In this document: positions 11,904-23,946 of the stretch, piece after piece | How positions within the stretch are numbered: position 1 is the stretch's first letter | Layout of the letters: the number at the start of each line of letters is the position of its first letter | Assembly: GCF_001194135.2 (NCBI RefSeq) | Contig: NC_068981.1 | Coordinates: forward strand, 78,498,114 to 78,548,723 | Length of the DNA: 50,610 bases | Source of the DNA: Octopus bimaculoides | Lineage: Eukaryota | Direction: 5' to 3' | Position numbers and translations under genes: made by a program | The notes under the pieces: model-generated | Told to the model about the DNA's origin: nothing | Databases searched by the model: none | Seen by the model: only the letters and a program-made list of their open reading frames with translations

Positions 11904-13215
11904 CCTGTTTGCCACTTATGTGGAAGTTATTGACTGGAATACTCACAGTCAATGTACGAACATCTGGAAAAAAAATGGGAGTCCTGCCACATGAGCAGAA
12001 GGGTTGCAAGCGTAAGTGCAGAGGTACCAAGAATCAACTCCTGATAGACAAGCAAGAGGAGGAAAAGAAACTTAGCCGTGTCGTGGATTGACTATCGTAA
12101 GGCGTACGATATGATCCCACATTCTTGGATTATGGAGTTTATGAACCTATTTGGTATTGCATCGGATGTTGAACGATTGCTTGGAAAAAGTATGGCGAAT
12201 TGCAGGACAGACCTGACAGCATACAGAAGAAGTTTAGGGGGGGAGCATCTTCCAAGGGGACTGCCTGCTCCCACTGATCTTTGTACTGTGCTTGATACCA
12301 CTAACACTGATTTGAGGAAAGCAAAAGTTGGGTATGTATTCAAAAGCTGCCAACAAAAAGTCAACCATTTGTTATTCATTGATGACCTCAAACTTTATGG
12401 GAAAGATGACGTCCTAGTCAGTTCCCTCCTTGATACAGTGTATACCTTCAGTGCTGATGTCAGAATGGAGTTTGGACTGAGAAAGTGTGGTGTGTTAGTC
12501 TTGAAGAGAGGCAAAATCAAATGTATTGATGGGCTAACGATACCGTTGGGGGAGGTTATAAAGCAGATAGAAGAGACAGGCTACAAGTATTTGGGAAATG
12601 GATAAATTGATGGAGAAAGAAATGACAGAAAAATTTAAGGTGGAGAACTTGTGCAGACTGAGACTGATCCTTAAGTCAAAATTAAACAGACAGAATAAGA
12701 TCGAAGCTATCAACACCTGGTCGGTTTCACTCCCTAGATATGGAGCAGGGGTAATCGCATGGACAGTAGACGATCTAAACATCTTAGACAGAAAGACAAG
12801 GAAGTTGCTAACTAGACATGAGTCACTACACCCAAAATGTGACATAGACAGACTGTATGTACCAAGAAAAAGAGGGGGAAGAGGACTTATTGGATATAAA
12901 CACAGCATTAGAGCAGAAGAAAACAGCAAAGCATGGTATGTAAAAAATGCCACAGAACCACTACTATTAGAAGTAAGAAGGTCAGGCTTGTGTAGGCTGA
13001 AAGATTGCAAAGATAAAGCACTATACAAGAAATTGCAAACAAATGAAACTGAAAATAGGTGGGTAAACAATAGAATGCATGGACAATTTCATTGGGATCT
13101 TGAAGATAAGATAGACAGAGAAAAAAGATGGCTGTGGATGACTAAAAGTGATTTAAAACCGGAAATGGAGGCTTTAATCTGTGCTGCCCAAGAGCAAGCA
13201 CTAAGAATCTTATAT
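11904..13215 (+). mobile_element. R4/Dong-like non-LTR retrotransposon RT fragment, frameshifted, truncated at both ends
   Basis: [104 protein letters not shown]. Confidence 0.85.
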
Positions 13216-13229
13216 GTCATCCTCTTTAA

Positions 13230-13455
13230 CCATTTTGATACCAACCCAGCGGAAACTGCTTCTGGCTCCATAGTACAAATGTCTTGTTTTCAAAAGTCCT
13301 GAATTAAAATCTTCCACCAAACAAACCTTAGTTACAATTTATATTCCTAACACTAGCTTAGTGATAACCAAGTTGTTTTACTAAATTCTTTGTTATATTT
13401 AAAATTAACTGAAAGTAACACAGAGCATCTCAACAGAAATATGGTAACAAAAGGG
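13230..13455. mobile_element. piggyBac-type MITE, TTAA TSD
   Basis: TTAA|CCATTTTGATACCA..ATGGTAACAAAAGGG|TTAA; the same family occurs at 37076-37253 and partially at ~9690-9815 (-). Confidence 0.8.
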
Positions 13456-13567
13456 TTAATCTTGGTAGAAAACATCAATGTAGAAAACTTCAGTGTCAAC
13501 TACAAATGCTATACCACACAATTTCTGATGATTTTTTTTCCTAGAGGTTTCATATTCACGACATAGC

Positions 13568-13958
13568 GTTGTTGTTGTTGTTGGCACTCCGTCACTTACG
13601 ACGTCAAGGGTTCTAGTTGATCTGATCAACGGAACAGCCTGCTCGTGAAATTAACGTGCAAGTGGCTGAGCACTCCACAGACACGTGTACCCTTAACTTA
13701 GTTCTCGGGGATATTCAGCGTGACACAGTCTGACAAGGCTAATCCTTTGAATTACAGGCACAACAGAAACAGGAAGTAAGAGTGAGAGAAAGTTATGGTG
13801 AAAGAGTACAGCAGGGTTCGCCACCATCCCCTGCTAGAGCCTCGTGGAGCTTTAGGTGTTTTTGCTCAATAAACACTCACAATGCCCGGTTTGGGAATTG
13901 AAACCGCGATCCTATGACCCCGAGTCCGCTGCCCTAACCACTGGGCCATTGTGCCTCC
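13568..13958 (-). mobile_element. tRNA-derived SINE family C, full length, (AAC)n tail
   Basis: Minus-strand head GGAGGCACAATGGCCCAGTGGTTAGGG (A box)..GGTTTCAATTCCC (B box); near-identical copy at 48493-48856. Confidence 0.88.
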
Positions 13959-13974
13959 ACTCACAACATAGCAA

Positions 13975-14460
13975 ACACTGCATTTCAAAAACTAGCTCTA
14001 ACTTCAAGACCAGAAAACACATCAGCTCTGATTATCTGCTGACTCTTGACAAAGCTCAAGTAACAGCCATAATGAAATACTACTGTGATGTCTAGAATGC
14101 TGGTGATACTGCATTACTACATGCCTAAACAACCTAAATCACATCCATTAAAATATCAGGTAATTGATTATCAAAAGAATTACATGCCAACTCATTCCAA
14201 CCCCTAGCCAACAGAAGTGCTCTCTAACTACTCCTATTTTGTTATTTACCACTACATTGATCTCTGTTGCTCAGAACTAACTTGTTATATACTATCTCCA
14301 CCCAACCGAACCAGACATAGCTTCTCCTCATATCTTTCTAGCCTAAGCTCAGCTCTAACCACAATTCCTAATCCTGCTTCCTCAAATGTTATCCCCTTGG
14401 AATTTTCTTCCCACCCACATTTTTCCTGCAGCTGATGATGACCTACTAATGTTCAGTCTC
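13975..14460 (+). mobile_element. Decayed CR1/Jockey-like LINE C-terminal fragment
   Basis: RKHISSDYLLTLDKAQVTAIMKYYCDV* resembles RKY..LLTLYKAQ.RP.MEYC..W; further remnants downstream. Confidence 0.5.
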
Positions 14461-14944
14461 AACATCAAGTCTCATCAGTGATAAGATATGAATTTTTTTG
14501 TTTTTTAACCTTGTAACCTCACGTTCTGACTTGGCAAGATGTAACTCATTCCTAATCCAGCCTGTTTGCAAAACTAAATTTGAAATTTGGATAATGAAGG
14601 TGATTAGGATGAGGGTAGTACTAATGCAAACATGAACATAGGTAAAATTAGATTCAATAAAATGTATATCAGTAGCACATTCAATTCACATCATATTAGA
14701 CTTAATTTCAATGCATCTAAAATTCTTAATACTTTCTTCACTTCTATAATCAGTGTATTTTGGCATGTTTTCAAAATGTTTTCCAACACATCATTCAATA
14801 TTTGTTTGGATAAATAAAACCAGGCTGGAAAAAAAAATGTAACCATTCAACTCTACCTTATACTAGAGTAGAAATAATAATTACTGTTAATAATAATGAT
14901 TATAAATAAATAAATAATGCTGATAATTTTTTTTCTTTTTTCAG

Positions 14945-15048
14945 CTTAAAGCCTAATACTATCTATCGATTCCGAGTAGCAGCCACAAATGATATCGGTA
15001 CAAGTAATTTCAGTGAGAGCTCCGATGATGTTCGTACAGAAGAAGATA
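14945..15048 (+). CDS. sdk: sdk exon (FN3 ~9 C-part) NLKPNTIYRFRVAATNDIGTSNFSESSDDVRTEED
   Basis: tttcag|C acceptor, GATA|gtaagt donor, 104 nt, phase 2-1. Confidence 0.93.
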
Positions 15049-16394
15049 GTAAGTAGACTAGCTAAAATTATCAATTAACTAATTTCCATGTAATTAATGA
15101 TATTTATTGAATGATCAAGTTTTTATGTATTTTATCATAAAAGAGAGACATTACAGAATGTACTGGGTGAAGTGCATCAAGCTAAGTGGCTGGAAATAGG
15201 AAAAGCATGGAGCTCTGGAAAAACATGCCAAAATAAAACATACAAAAAATGGCACAACTAATCTCTTCCTGTAGCTCTTCACATGGAAGTACATTGTGTT
15301 CTTCTGCTGCTGGTATATTTCCTTTTTCTGTCTCCAAACCCTACAGATTCTCTAGTGCAACAGGTGTTTCTTTAGAACCATAGTCTCCAGCAGTTCATTT
15401 TTCACTGCCTGTATATTATCCTCTTATTTCACCTTTTCTAACCACTTCTTGATCATTGACTTGGTTAGCCAGTCTCTGTTCATTCACATCCTAGTGGTAA
15501 CATTCTCTCCAGAGATTTAATAAACCTTTTCTGTTGCCTCATATCTCAGACAGACTTCATCAATTTATTGTGTTCTTCTGACCATAGAGGACAATAAATT
15601 CGGACCTCTTTTGCCATTGTTGGTCAGCAGCTTGATTATGACTGGGCTTGCACCACTGTTCCACAGAACATCTGCTGGACTCAACACCTTCACTATTATG
15701 ACTTTTAGTATATAACCCCATTAGCATCATTAGGTTTAGATTCAATCCTTGGCATTTCTCTCATAAATAAGGGTGTATTTTAAAGTTTCCACCAACAAGT
15801 AGTTTTTTTTTTTCTTTTAATGTCATCATCACTGGACCAGTCATCATACAAGACTCCAAGAGACCTGTCTAACACTATTTAAGCTAATAGATATTAGAGA
15901 TGGCTGACTGCCACCTCTGGTACTTAACCTAGCAGCGACTGTAGATAAGTGAAATAAGAACAACACTTGTGTTGGGGGGAAATGTTGTATCTGTAAGCTG
16001 CAGGAAGAAACTGAGAATTGACATAAATAACTGAGAGAAGCCTCAGAACTGAAGAGAATATGTTCATGGTGACAATGATGATGAAAATAATAATTACAGA
16101 TAATGATAAAATAAAATGATAATGATGATAATAATAATTACAGATAATGATTAGGATAAAAATAATAGAATATAATACTAAGAATAATAATGAATAACAG
16201 AAAGTTTATTGTTCAATTTTTCTATTTGTAATGTGAGGGTTTTTTCTGGGGTGCCTGTTATTGGTTCTGTCTGAATTTAAACTCTCAAGATGATGGACCT
16301 TTTCTTCAAGTTTATAAAAGCATAACTTATTTTATAGTTTACAGTTGTATTTTAATTTTTTGACTGTCATCTCACTGAGATAAATACAGTAAAG

Positions 16395-17080
16395 TACTAA
16401 GGTCAATGTAATTAACTAATCCTCTCCCCTCATAATTGCTAGCCTTGTACCTAAATTAGAAATAATAATAATGATAATAATAACAATTATAATGATTATA
16501 GCATACCATACAAAATGCTTAATGGCATTTCATCTGTCTTTATGTTCTGATTTTAAATTCCACCAAGGTCGACTTTGCTGTTTGTCCTTTCCAGGGTCAT
16601 TGAAATAAGTACCAGTTGCACATTGGGGTCGATGTAATCAACTAGTCCCTTCCTCCCAAATTTCAGGCATTGTGCCTATAGTAGAAAGGATTATTATTAT
16701 GGTGGCAAGCTGGCAGAATCGTTAGCATGGTGGACAAAATGCTTAGCAGCATTTTGCTAGTCTTTACATTCTTAGTTCTAATTTCACCAAGGTCAAGTTT
16801 GCCATTCATCCTCCCTTGAAATTGCTGACCTAGTGCCAAAATAGGAAATCATTATTAAGGCAGTAAACTGGCAGAATTGTTAGCATGACAGGTAAAATGC
16901 TTTGCGGCATTTCAACCATCTTTACATTCTGAGTTCAAATCTCTCCAAGTTCAACTATGCCTTTCATCCTTTCAGGGTCGATAAAATAAGCACCAGTTGG
17001 GCACTGGAGTCAAGGTAATTAATTTACCCTCTCTCCCAAAATTGCTAACCTTGTGTCAAAATTTGAAACCATCATTATTA
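16395..17080 (+). mobile_element. Head-to-tail cluster of ~3-4 SINE family B copies joined by (ATT/AAT)n
   Basis: Repeated GCTGGCAGAAT.GTTAGCA heads, GCCTTTCATCCTTTCAGGGTCGATAAAATAAG body and CCTTGTG.C.AAATT tails; another decayed copy at ~27265-27397. Confidence 0.75.
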
Positions 17081-17172
17081 TTTATTGAAGAAAAAACAAA
17101 ATCATTGTTATTAATTTATATGCTATCACAAGCTGTTTAGAATAATACATTTGAATTTTTGCTATTTCACAG

Positions 17173-17243
17173 AGCCAGAAGATGCACCAGAGAATGTAAA
17201 AGTGGTTGCTGTATCTACAAATTCAGTCAATGTTACTTGGCAG
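17173..17243 (+). CDS. sdk: sdk exon (FN3 ~10 start) KPEDAPENVKVVAVSTNSVNVTWQ
   Basis: ttcacag|AG acceptor, CAG|gtaagt donor, 71 nt, phase 1-0. Confidence 0.92.
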
Positions 17244-18106
17244 GTAAGTGACATTCAATGCCATTGGCATCTATCGTCATTTATCACTGATTCATTCATC
17301 ACTGATCTGGGTTAACGCAAGGTGATAATTCTGAACTATGTTATGCTTATCACAAAATGATCTGAGATAACACAGTTTGAAGAGCAATTAAAGATACGGC
17401 TTGGACTGCAAAACTGCACTCCAGTGACTATACACAGTGCTCAGGACAACTAGGGCTCTTGAAGCAAAGCCTGTTTTTCCTTTGTATTCTATTATTAATT
17501 CATTACTGATTCATTTAACATGGTTTTCTTATTTTTCATAGAACCAAACACCTGTGATGAATACATATAGATGTATTATTAGTTTACTTGAATTATTTAT
17601 ATATAATGTTTTACTTGAATTCTTTTGCTTTTGTTAGTAATCTTTTTATCCACATCACTTACCAGTATGGAAAGGTGCCATGACGTATTATTCCCTGTTT
17701 TCTCCCATGAATAAATAACCAGTCTTTCTCAGGTTTTAAGCCAGACATACCAAGCTAAATATAAACCATTGATTTATTATTACATGGTTGGCTGACTGTA
17801 TCCAGCCTGTAAACTGTAACTTGCCACCTCATTCTACCAATTGATATTTAAACAAACTGGTTCAGCAAGCCACAAAAAAACAGCTTGGTCATTTACATAT
17901 TGTCATGTTGCTGGTTAATGAGAAGTGTATTACCATCCACTTCGCTTGAATATTTGCATCTTATCAATCCAAGAAGCTATAGCTGTTTGGCCTTCATAAT
18001 ACTGAGAATTTTATTCCTGTGTCAATGCCTGTATGAATGTACCTGTTTGTAATTTTATCACAGAATAAAAGCTGAAAGTTCATATTGCACAGCTTTCAAA
18101 CATATA

Positions 18107-18500
18107 GGCACCGGCATGGCTGTGTGGTAAGAAGTTTGCTTCCCAACCACATGGTTCCAGGTTCAGTCCCACTGCATAGCACCTTGGGCAAGTGTCTTTT
18201 ACTACAGCCTCAGGCCGACCAAAGCCTTCTAAGTGGATTTGGTAGACAGAAACTGAAAGAAGCACATTGTGCATATATGTGTGTGTGTATATATATATAT
18301 CTTTGTGTCTGTGTTCTCCCACTACTACTTGACAACCAGCGTTTGTGATTTGTGTCCCATAACTTAGGGGTTTGGCAAATGAGACTGATAGAATAAGTAT
18401 CAGGCTTAAAAAAATAAGTCCTGGGGTCAATTTGTTCACCCTTCAAGGTGGTGCCCCAGTATGGCTGCAGTCTAATGACTGAAACAAGTAAAAGATAAAA
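18107..18500 (+). mobile_element. tRNA-derived SINE family A (CORE-like), full length with internal (TA/TG)n
   Basis: TGGCTGTGTGGTAAG A box, GGTTCAGTCCC B box, CCTTGGGCAAGT (start of the CORE domain of MIR-type SINEs), tail GACTGAAACAAGTAAAAG. Confidence 0.85.
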
Positions 18501-18624
18501 AGTATATAAATACACTTTAGTGTGTTCAATATATATATATATTCATTTATTTCTGATTTTTTTTACATTTCGTTCTTCATACTAGCATGTATTAGATGAA
18601 TATGTTATTGAGGCATTTGTTTTA

Positions 18625-18970
18625 CCACCAAATGCTCTGCCCGATGATACTAATCCTAACTTGGTTTTCAAGTTGAGGATCTCTCATTCCATATGGCTTT
18701 GGAAGCAAGCACGTCATTTCTTGAGATGTGCCAAGTATCACACAACTGTCATGAGTTTCATATGAGTAACAGATGTAAACAAACACAGGTACACACTCAC
18801 ACACGCAACAGACTTCTTTTTCAGATTCCCTCCACCATATCCATTTATAAGGCTTTGCCCAGCCCTGGCCTGGAGTAGAAGACATTGACTAAAGGTGCTG
18901 CGCTGTAGGACTGTACCTGAAGCCATGTAGTTGGCTGGTAAACTTCTCAACCACACACCCATACCTGCAC
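18625..18970 (-). mobile_element. Diverged SINE with family A head, different 3' part
   Basis: Minus-strand head and AGTCTGTTGCG..(GT)n middle. Confidence 0.6.
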
Positions 18971-18984
18971 ATACATAATATACA

Positions 18985-19330
18985 GGCATGCAAGCATGGC
19001 TGTGTGGTTAAGAAGTTTGCTTCCCAACTGCATGTCTTCAGGTTCAGTCATACTGCATGGCACCATTGGATTTGTTTGTCAGAAACTGAAAGATGCTTGT
19101 CTTGTGTGTGTCCTTGTCTTGATATTGCATTATTGTCACATAATAGTTATAAAAGGACATCACTATCATATAAGCAGTATCCTTCATTTCCAATTTTCTG
19201 TGAAAACATGTCTGGCCATTGAAAAATATTACTTTAGATGGAAATAGGTGAGAGTTGGCAACAGAAAAAGCATCCAGCCATAGAAAAATCTACCTCAACA
19301 AATCTCATCCAACCCATATGAGCAAGATTA
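18985..19330 (+). mobile_element. Diverged SINE: family A-like head plus GTTGGCAACAGAAAAAGCATCCAGCC 3' module
   Basis: Head as in family A; the 3' module resembles the GGAAGGGCATCCAG motif of the RTE-type tail. Confidence 0.55.
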
Positions 19331-19829
19331 TCATCAAACAGAAATTACAGTTCTGAACTTGTGGCTGATCACCAAAAGTAGAAGATAAATATCATAATCA
19401 CACTTATTATTTATTTAACCAACAGACAATAAGCAGCAAAATTAATTTTTCTTGCTATGAAGACCACAAGGTGATGGTAAAAGGATTGGTCAAAACTTGA
19501 CAAGACATGAATTCTCCTTCCTTGGCTTCAATAAATGTTAATCAAAGAATCAATCTCGAGGCAATGATGCAGGATTTTACTGGAGAGAGTACTAATAATG
19601 TCTAAGATAGCACTAATACTAAGCCTCATGGGTAAGTTAAGAAGAACACAGGACGAGTAGAGTAAACTGTAAATAAACCAGCAGATAACAACCACAAACC
19701 ACTGTTGTATCTTTTCCAAGAAAAATCATGAATCTTCAGATATTGACACGGAAGTGTATGACTGCCAACACCTAGAACATGTCACTTGAAGAGGAAGAGA
19801 TCTCAATAACATTAACTGGTGTGTATCAG

Positions 19830-20483
19830 CAATACTTTATCAGTGGTTTCATTATTTGTTGCAAAGCAAGTTGAAAATTCATAGAACAATCATGTGTAAA
19901 ATATAACCTACAAACCTGGCCCTCATAGCAGAATCACTACCAGAACTAGAGAAGAAATTTCAGGTGTGGAAGCATATTGGGAACATATGATTCTGAAGTG
20001 AAAATAAATATCCAAGAGATAAGGCCTTAAAAAAAAATAAGAAAGCCAGTCTGTGTGTGTTCATGCGTGCATGTGTGCGAGCAAGAGAGAAGACTATTTT
20101 GGTTTGGTCAAGTGATGCAGAGGGATGCTGACATCTCCATAAAGAGCTGTCAATCTCTCAAAGTGGATGGAAGTGGGAGACCCAGGAAAGCATGGGATGA
20201 AGTACCTCAGGAAGCTGAACCTTTCAAGTGAGATGACAAAGGACCGAGACATCTGGTTGTATTCAAGAAGTCCTGTACCTCACAGCAGAAGTGGTAAGAC
20301 TGATCTGGCTGGTGTGTAAAGCACTCATGGCAGTGCCACATAAAAGCAACCAACACACTGTAAAGTGGTTGGCATTAGGAAGGGCATCCAAATCAGACTG
20401 GAGTCTGGTGCAGCTTCCCAGCTCTGGTAAAACCATCCAACCCATGCCAACATGGACAATAGATGTTAAATCATGATGATGAT
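19830..20483 (+). mobile_element. Internally deleted RTE LINE: RT piece, C-terminus, 3' UTR and (GAT)n tail
   Basis: LALIAESLPELEKKFQVWKH (~19915-19975); WFGQVMQRD..RPRKAWDEV..EMTKDRDIW (~20095-20260); then the GGAAGGGCATCC..GATGTTAAA(TGA)n tail. Confidence 0.75.
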
Positions 20484-20752
20484 ATATAAAACCCCAAAAT
20501 CCAAAACTCCTCTTAATTTAAACATATTAAACAATGCAATTTTCTCCTTGCTGCTTTGTAAGATGTGCAAGCCAATTATAGAAATCCACATCTATCGATA
20601 ATAGAAATCTCCTTCCATGATGTTTGATATAATTTTGCCAACAGGATTTTCAGTAATCTCCATGAGAAGCACACAGTTGCTTTGGAGATAAGACACTAGG
20701 CTACAGATTGATTAGACTGTCTTGAGATTTAATCTTCCTTCTACAGATTGAG

Positions 20753-22429
20753 TCCTCTGTCAAGCTTCAAGCTCAACATTTGATTACACATGAATGCTTA
20801 TCTGAAGGAAAATCATCCAACTGTGGAAAGTATTGTTCCAAACAAAATGTAATTACTCAAAATTTCTACAAAAAGAGCAAAAATGTGGTTGAGAAAAAGT
20901 GTTCTATTAATACCATGAAAAATAGCTATTTCTCTAACTTTTAAACATTTTCTAATGTGTCCTTTCTTTATTTAGGAGAGCAGGGTGTGAGTTGAGAGAG
21001 ATTTGGTAATTATTTCCAGCAGACTGAGCATCTGCATAGAAGCTTCTTTGTTGGTTCATATTTTATTTACCCTCTTGGCTATGTTTTATCTATTTGCTCC
21101 ATTCANNNNNNNNNNNNNNNNNNNNNNNNNNNNNNNNNNNNNNNNNNNNNNNNNNNNNNNNNNNNNNNNNNNNNNNNNNNNNNNNNNNNNNNNNNNNNNN
21201 NNNNNNNNNNNNNNNNNNNNNNNNNNNNNNNNNNNNNNNNNNNNNNNNNNNNNNNNNNNNNNNNNNNNNNNNNNNNNNNNNNNNNNNNNNNNNNNNNNNN
21301 NNNNNNNNNNNNNNNNNNNNNNNNNNNNNNNNNNNNNNNNNNNNNNNNNNNNNNNNNNNNNNNNNNNNNNNNNNNNNNNNNNNNNNNNNNNNNNNNNNNN
21401 NNNNNNNNNNNNNNNNNNNNNNNNNNNNNNNNNNNNNNNNTTTCAAGGAATAATAAATGGGCTAACAAGTTAGGACAGTTTGTGCACAAGTAATGTTATG
21501 ACATTCAGCTAAAGTGAGTAGTTATCTATGAATGGAGCAAATAGATAAAACATAGCCAAGAGGGTAAATAAAATATGAACCAACAAAGAAGCTTCTATGC
21601 AGATGCTCAGTCTGCTGGAAATAATTACCAAATCTCTCTCAACTCACACCCTGCTCTCCTAAATAAAGAAAGGACACATTAGAAAATGTAGTGGGATGAA
21701 GTGATTGGGCGTGGCTGTTTGGATGATGGTGATTTGGCATGACTGACTGGACACTGAACCTGTTTTGGCAACAGTAGTTTTTGGCAACAGTAGTTTTTGG
21801 CACAGAAAGCAAATACACATACATGTACATAAATATACAGCAAGAGGGTGGGGGAGACAGAAAGAATGAACGGAGACAGAATGAAGGGAGAGAGAGGGAG
21901 AGAGACATTGCAATTTATTAATTGAACACAACTGACATAAACACTTTCCCTCTCCCTACACACACACACACAAAGAGGTAGATAGACAAATAGATAGATA
22001 GATAGATAGATAGGTAGATGGGGGAAGGAGAGAGAATGAGAGAAACATTAAAATGTTTGATGTCAAGTAAGTCCGTGTAGAATTAGCAATACCAAAATGG
22101 CCAAAACATCTCAAACCTATAATGTAACCCTTATATATATTGTTTAAAAAGACAGGATCATTAGGTCTCTTTCAACATAACTGATCCAGGAGTAAACAAA
22201 GACAACAATAAGAAGAGAAAGTTCCAGAATAATATGTTTAAAAGTTAGAGAAATAGCTATTTTTCATGGTATTAATAGAACACTTTTTCTCAACCACATT
22301 TTTGCTCTTTTTGTAGAAATTTTGAGTAATTACATTTTGTTTGGAACAATACTTTCCACAGTTGGATGATTTTCCTTCAGATAAGCATTCATGTGTAATC
22401 AAATGTAGAGCCTGAAGCTTGACAGAGGA
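20753..22429. repeat. Near-identical inverted duplication (left arm 20753-21105; right arm split into 21529-21689 and 22234-22429)
   Basis: Direct reverse-complement reading; 2 substitutions seen near the outer end. Confidence 0.9.
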
Positions 22430-22610
22430 GACGACGTTGGCATGGGTGCCAGTCGTCGAACTTAACTCGATTTCGATTTCACTTGCCTCAATAGGAAATT
22501 GAAATCGGGTTAAATTGGATACTAAGCTCCACTTGCGAAGACATGTTGAGGCAAGTGAAATCGAAATCAAGTTAAGTTCAACGACTGGCATCCATGCCAA
22601 CGTCGTCTCC
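22427..22610. repeat. 67-bp-stem hairpin (63/67 complementary, 50-nt loop)
   Basis: Arms 22427-22493 and 22544-22610. Confidence 0.92.
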
Positions 22611-23946
22611 TTCATTGGGACACAAAACTCAGCTTGCGAAGACTTATTGGGGCAAGCGAAATCGAAATCATGATGGCACCTGTGCCCAGCATGTCTAAGG
22701 ACTTTCGAGCGAGATCGTTGCCAGTGCCCCTAGACTGGCTCTTGTGTGGGTGGCACATAAAATACACCATTTTGAGCGTGGCCGTTGCCAGTACCGCCTG
22801 ACTGGCCTTCGTAGGATTTTCGAGCGAGATCGTTGCCAGTGCCCCTGGACTGGCTCTTGTGCGGGTGGCACATAAAATACACCATTTTGAGCGTGGCNNN
22901 NNNNNNNNNNNNNNNNNNNNNNNNNNNNNNNNNNNNNNNNNNNNNNNNNNNNNNNNNNNNNNNNNNNNNNNNNNNNNNNNNNNNNNNNNNNNNNNNNNNN
23001 NNNNNNNNNNNNNNNNNNNNNNNNNNNNNNNNNNNNNNNNNNNNNNNNNNNNNNNNNNNNNNNNNNNNNNNNNNNNNNNNNNNNNNNNNNNNNNNNNNNN
23101 NNNNNNNNNNNNNNNNNNNNNNNNNNNNNNNNNNNNNNNNNNNNNNNNNNNNNNNNNNNNNNNNNNNNNNNNNNNNNNNNNNNNNNNNNNNNNNNNNNNN
23201 NNNNNNNNNNNNNNNNNNNNNNNNNNNNNNNNNNNNNNNNNNNNNNNNNNNNNNNNNNNNNNNNNNNNNNNNNNNNNNNNNNNNNNNNNNNNNNNNNNNN
23301 NNNNNNNNNNNNNNNNNNNNNNNNNNNNNNNNNNNNNNNNNNNNNNNNNNNNNNNNNNNNNNNNNNNNNNNNNNNNNNNNNNNNNNNNNNNNNNNNNNNN
23401 NNNNNNNNNNNNNNNNNNNNNNNNNNNNNNNNNNNNNNNNNNNNNNNNNNNNNNNNNNNNNNNNNNNNNNNNNNNNNNNNNNNNNNNNNNNNNNNNNNNN
23501 NNNNNNNNNNNNNNNNNNNNNNNNNNNNNNNNNNNNNNNNNNNAACGTCGTCTCCTTCATTGGGACACAAAACTCAGCTTGCGAAGACTTATTGGGGCAA
23601 GCGAAATCGAAATCATGATGGCACCTGTGCCCAGCATGTCTAAGGACTTTCGAGCGAGATCGTTGCCAGTGCCCCTGGACTGGCTCTTGTGCAGGTGGCA
23701 CATAAAATATACCATCTTAGTGGTGTTGCCAGTACAGCCTGACTGGCCTTCGTGTGGGTGACACGTAAAAGCACCCACTACACTCTCTGAGTGGTTGGCG
23801 TTAGGAAGGGCATCCAGCCGTAGAAACTCTGCCAAATCAGATTGGAGCCTGGTATAGCCATCTTGTTTCACCAGTCCTCAGTCAAATCGTCCAACCCATG
23901 CTAGCATGGAAAGCGGACATTAAACGACGATGATGATGATGATGAT
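22599..23946 (+). mobile_element. Composite tandem repeat: hairpin-derived module plus RTE-type UTR subunits, repeated across a 646-N gap, (GAT)n tail
   Basis: 22599-~22730 recurs at 23544-~23675; terminal RTE-type tail. Confidence 0.8.

Noticed and set aside
13900-13958. tRNA gene (also 27020-27061 and SINE A heads)
   Set aside because: These are tRNA-derived SINE heads continuing into repeat bodies; no complete cloverleaf or acceptor stem.
14445-14490. Minus-strand CTGATGA..GAAC hammerhead-like string
   Set aside because: Stem I does not form, and the segment is better explained as the end of the CR1-like LINE fragment.
22690-22897. Regular GCCAGT..ACTGGC subunits as a CRISPR-like array
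   Set aside because: The units are degenerate tandem copies without unique spacers, in a eukaryotic retroelement UTR.
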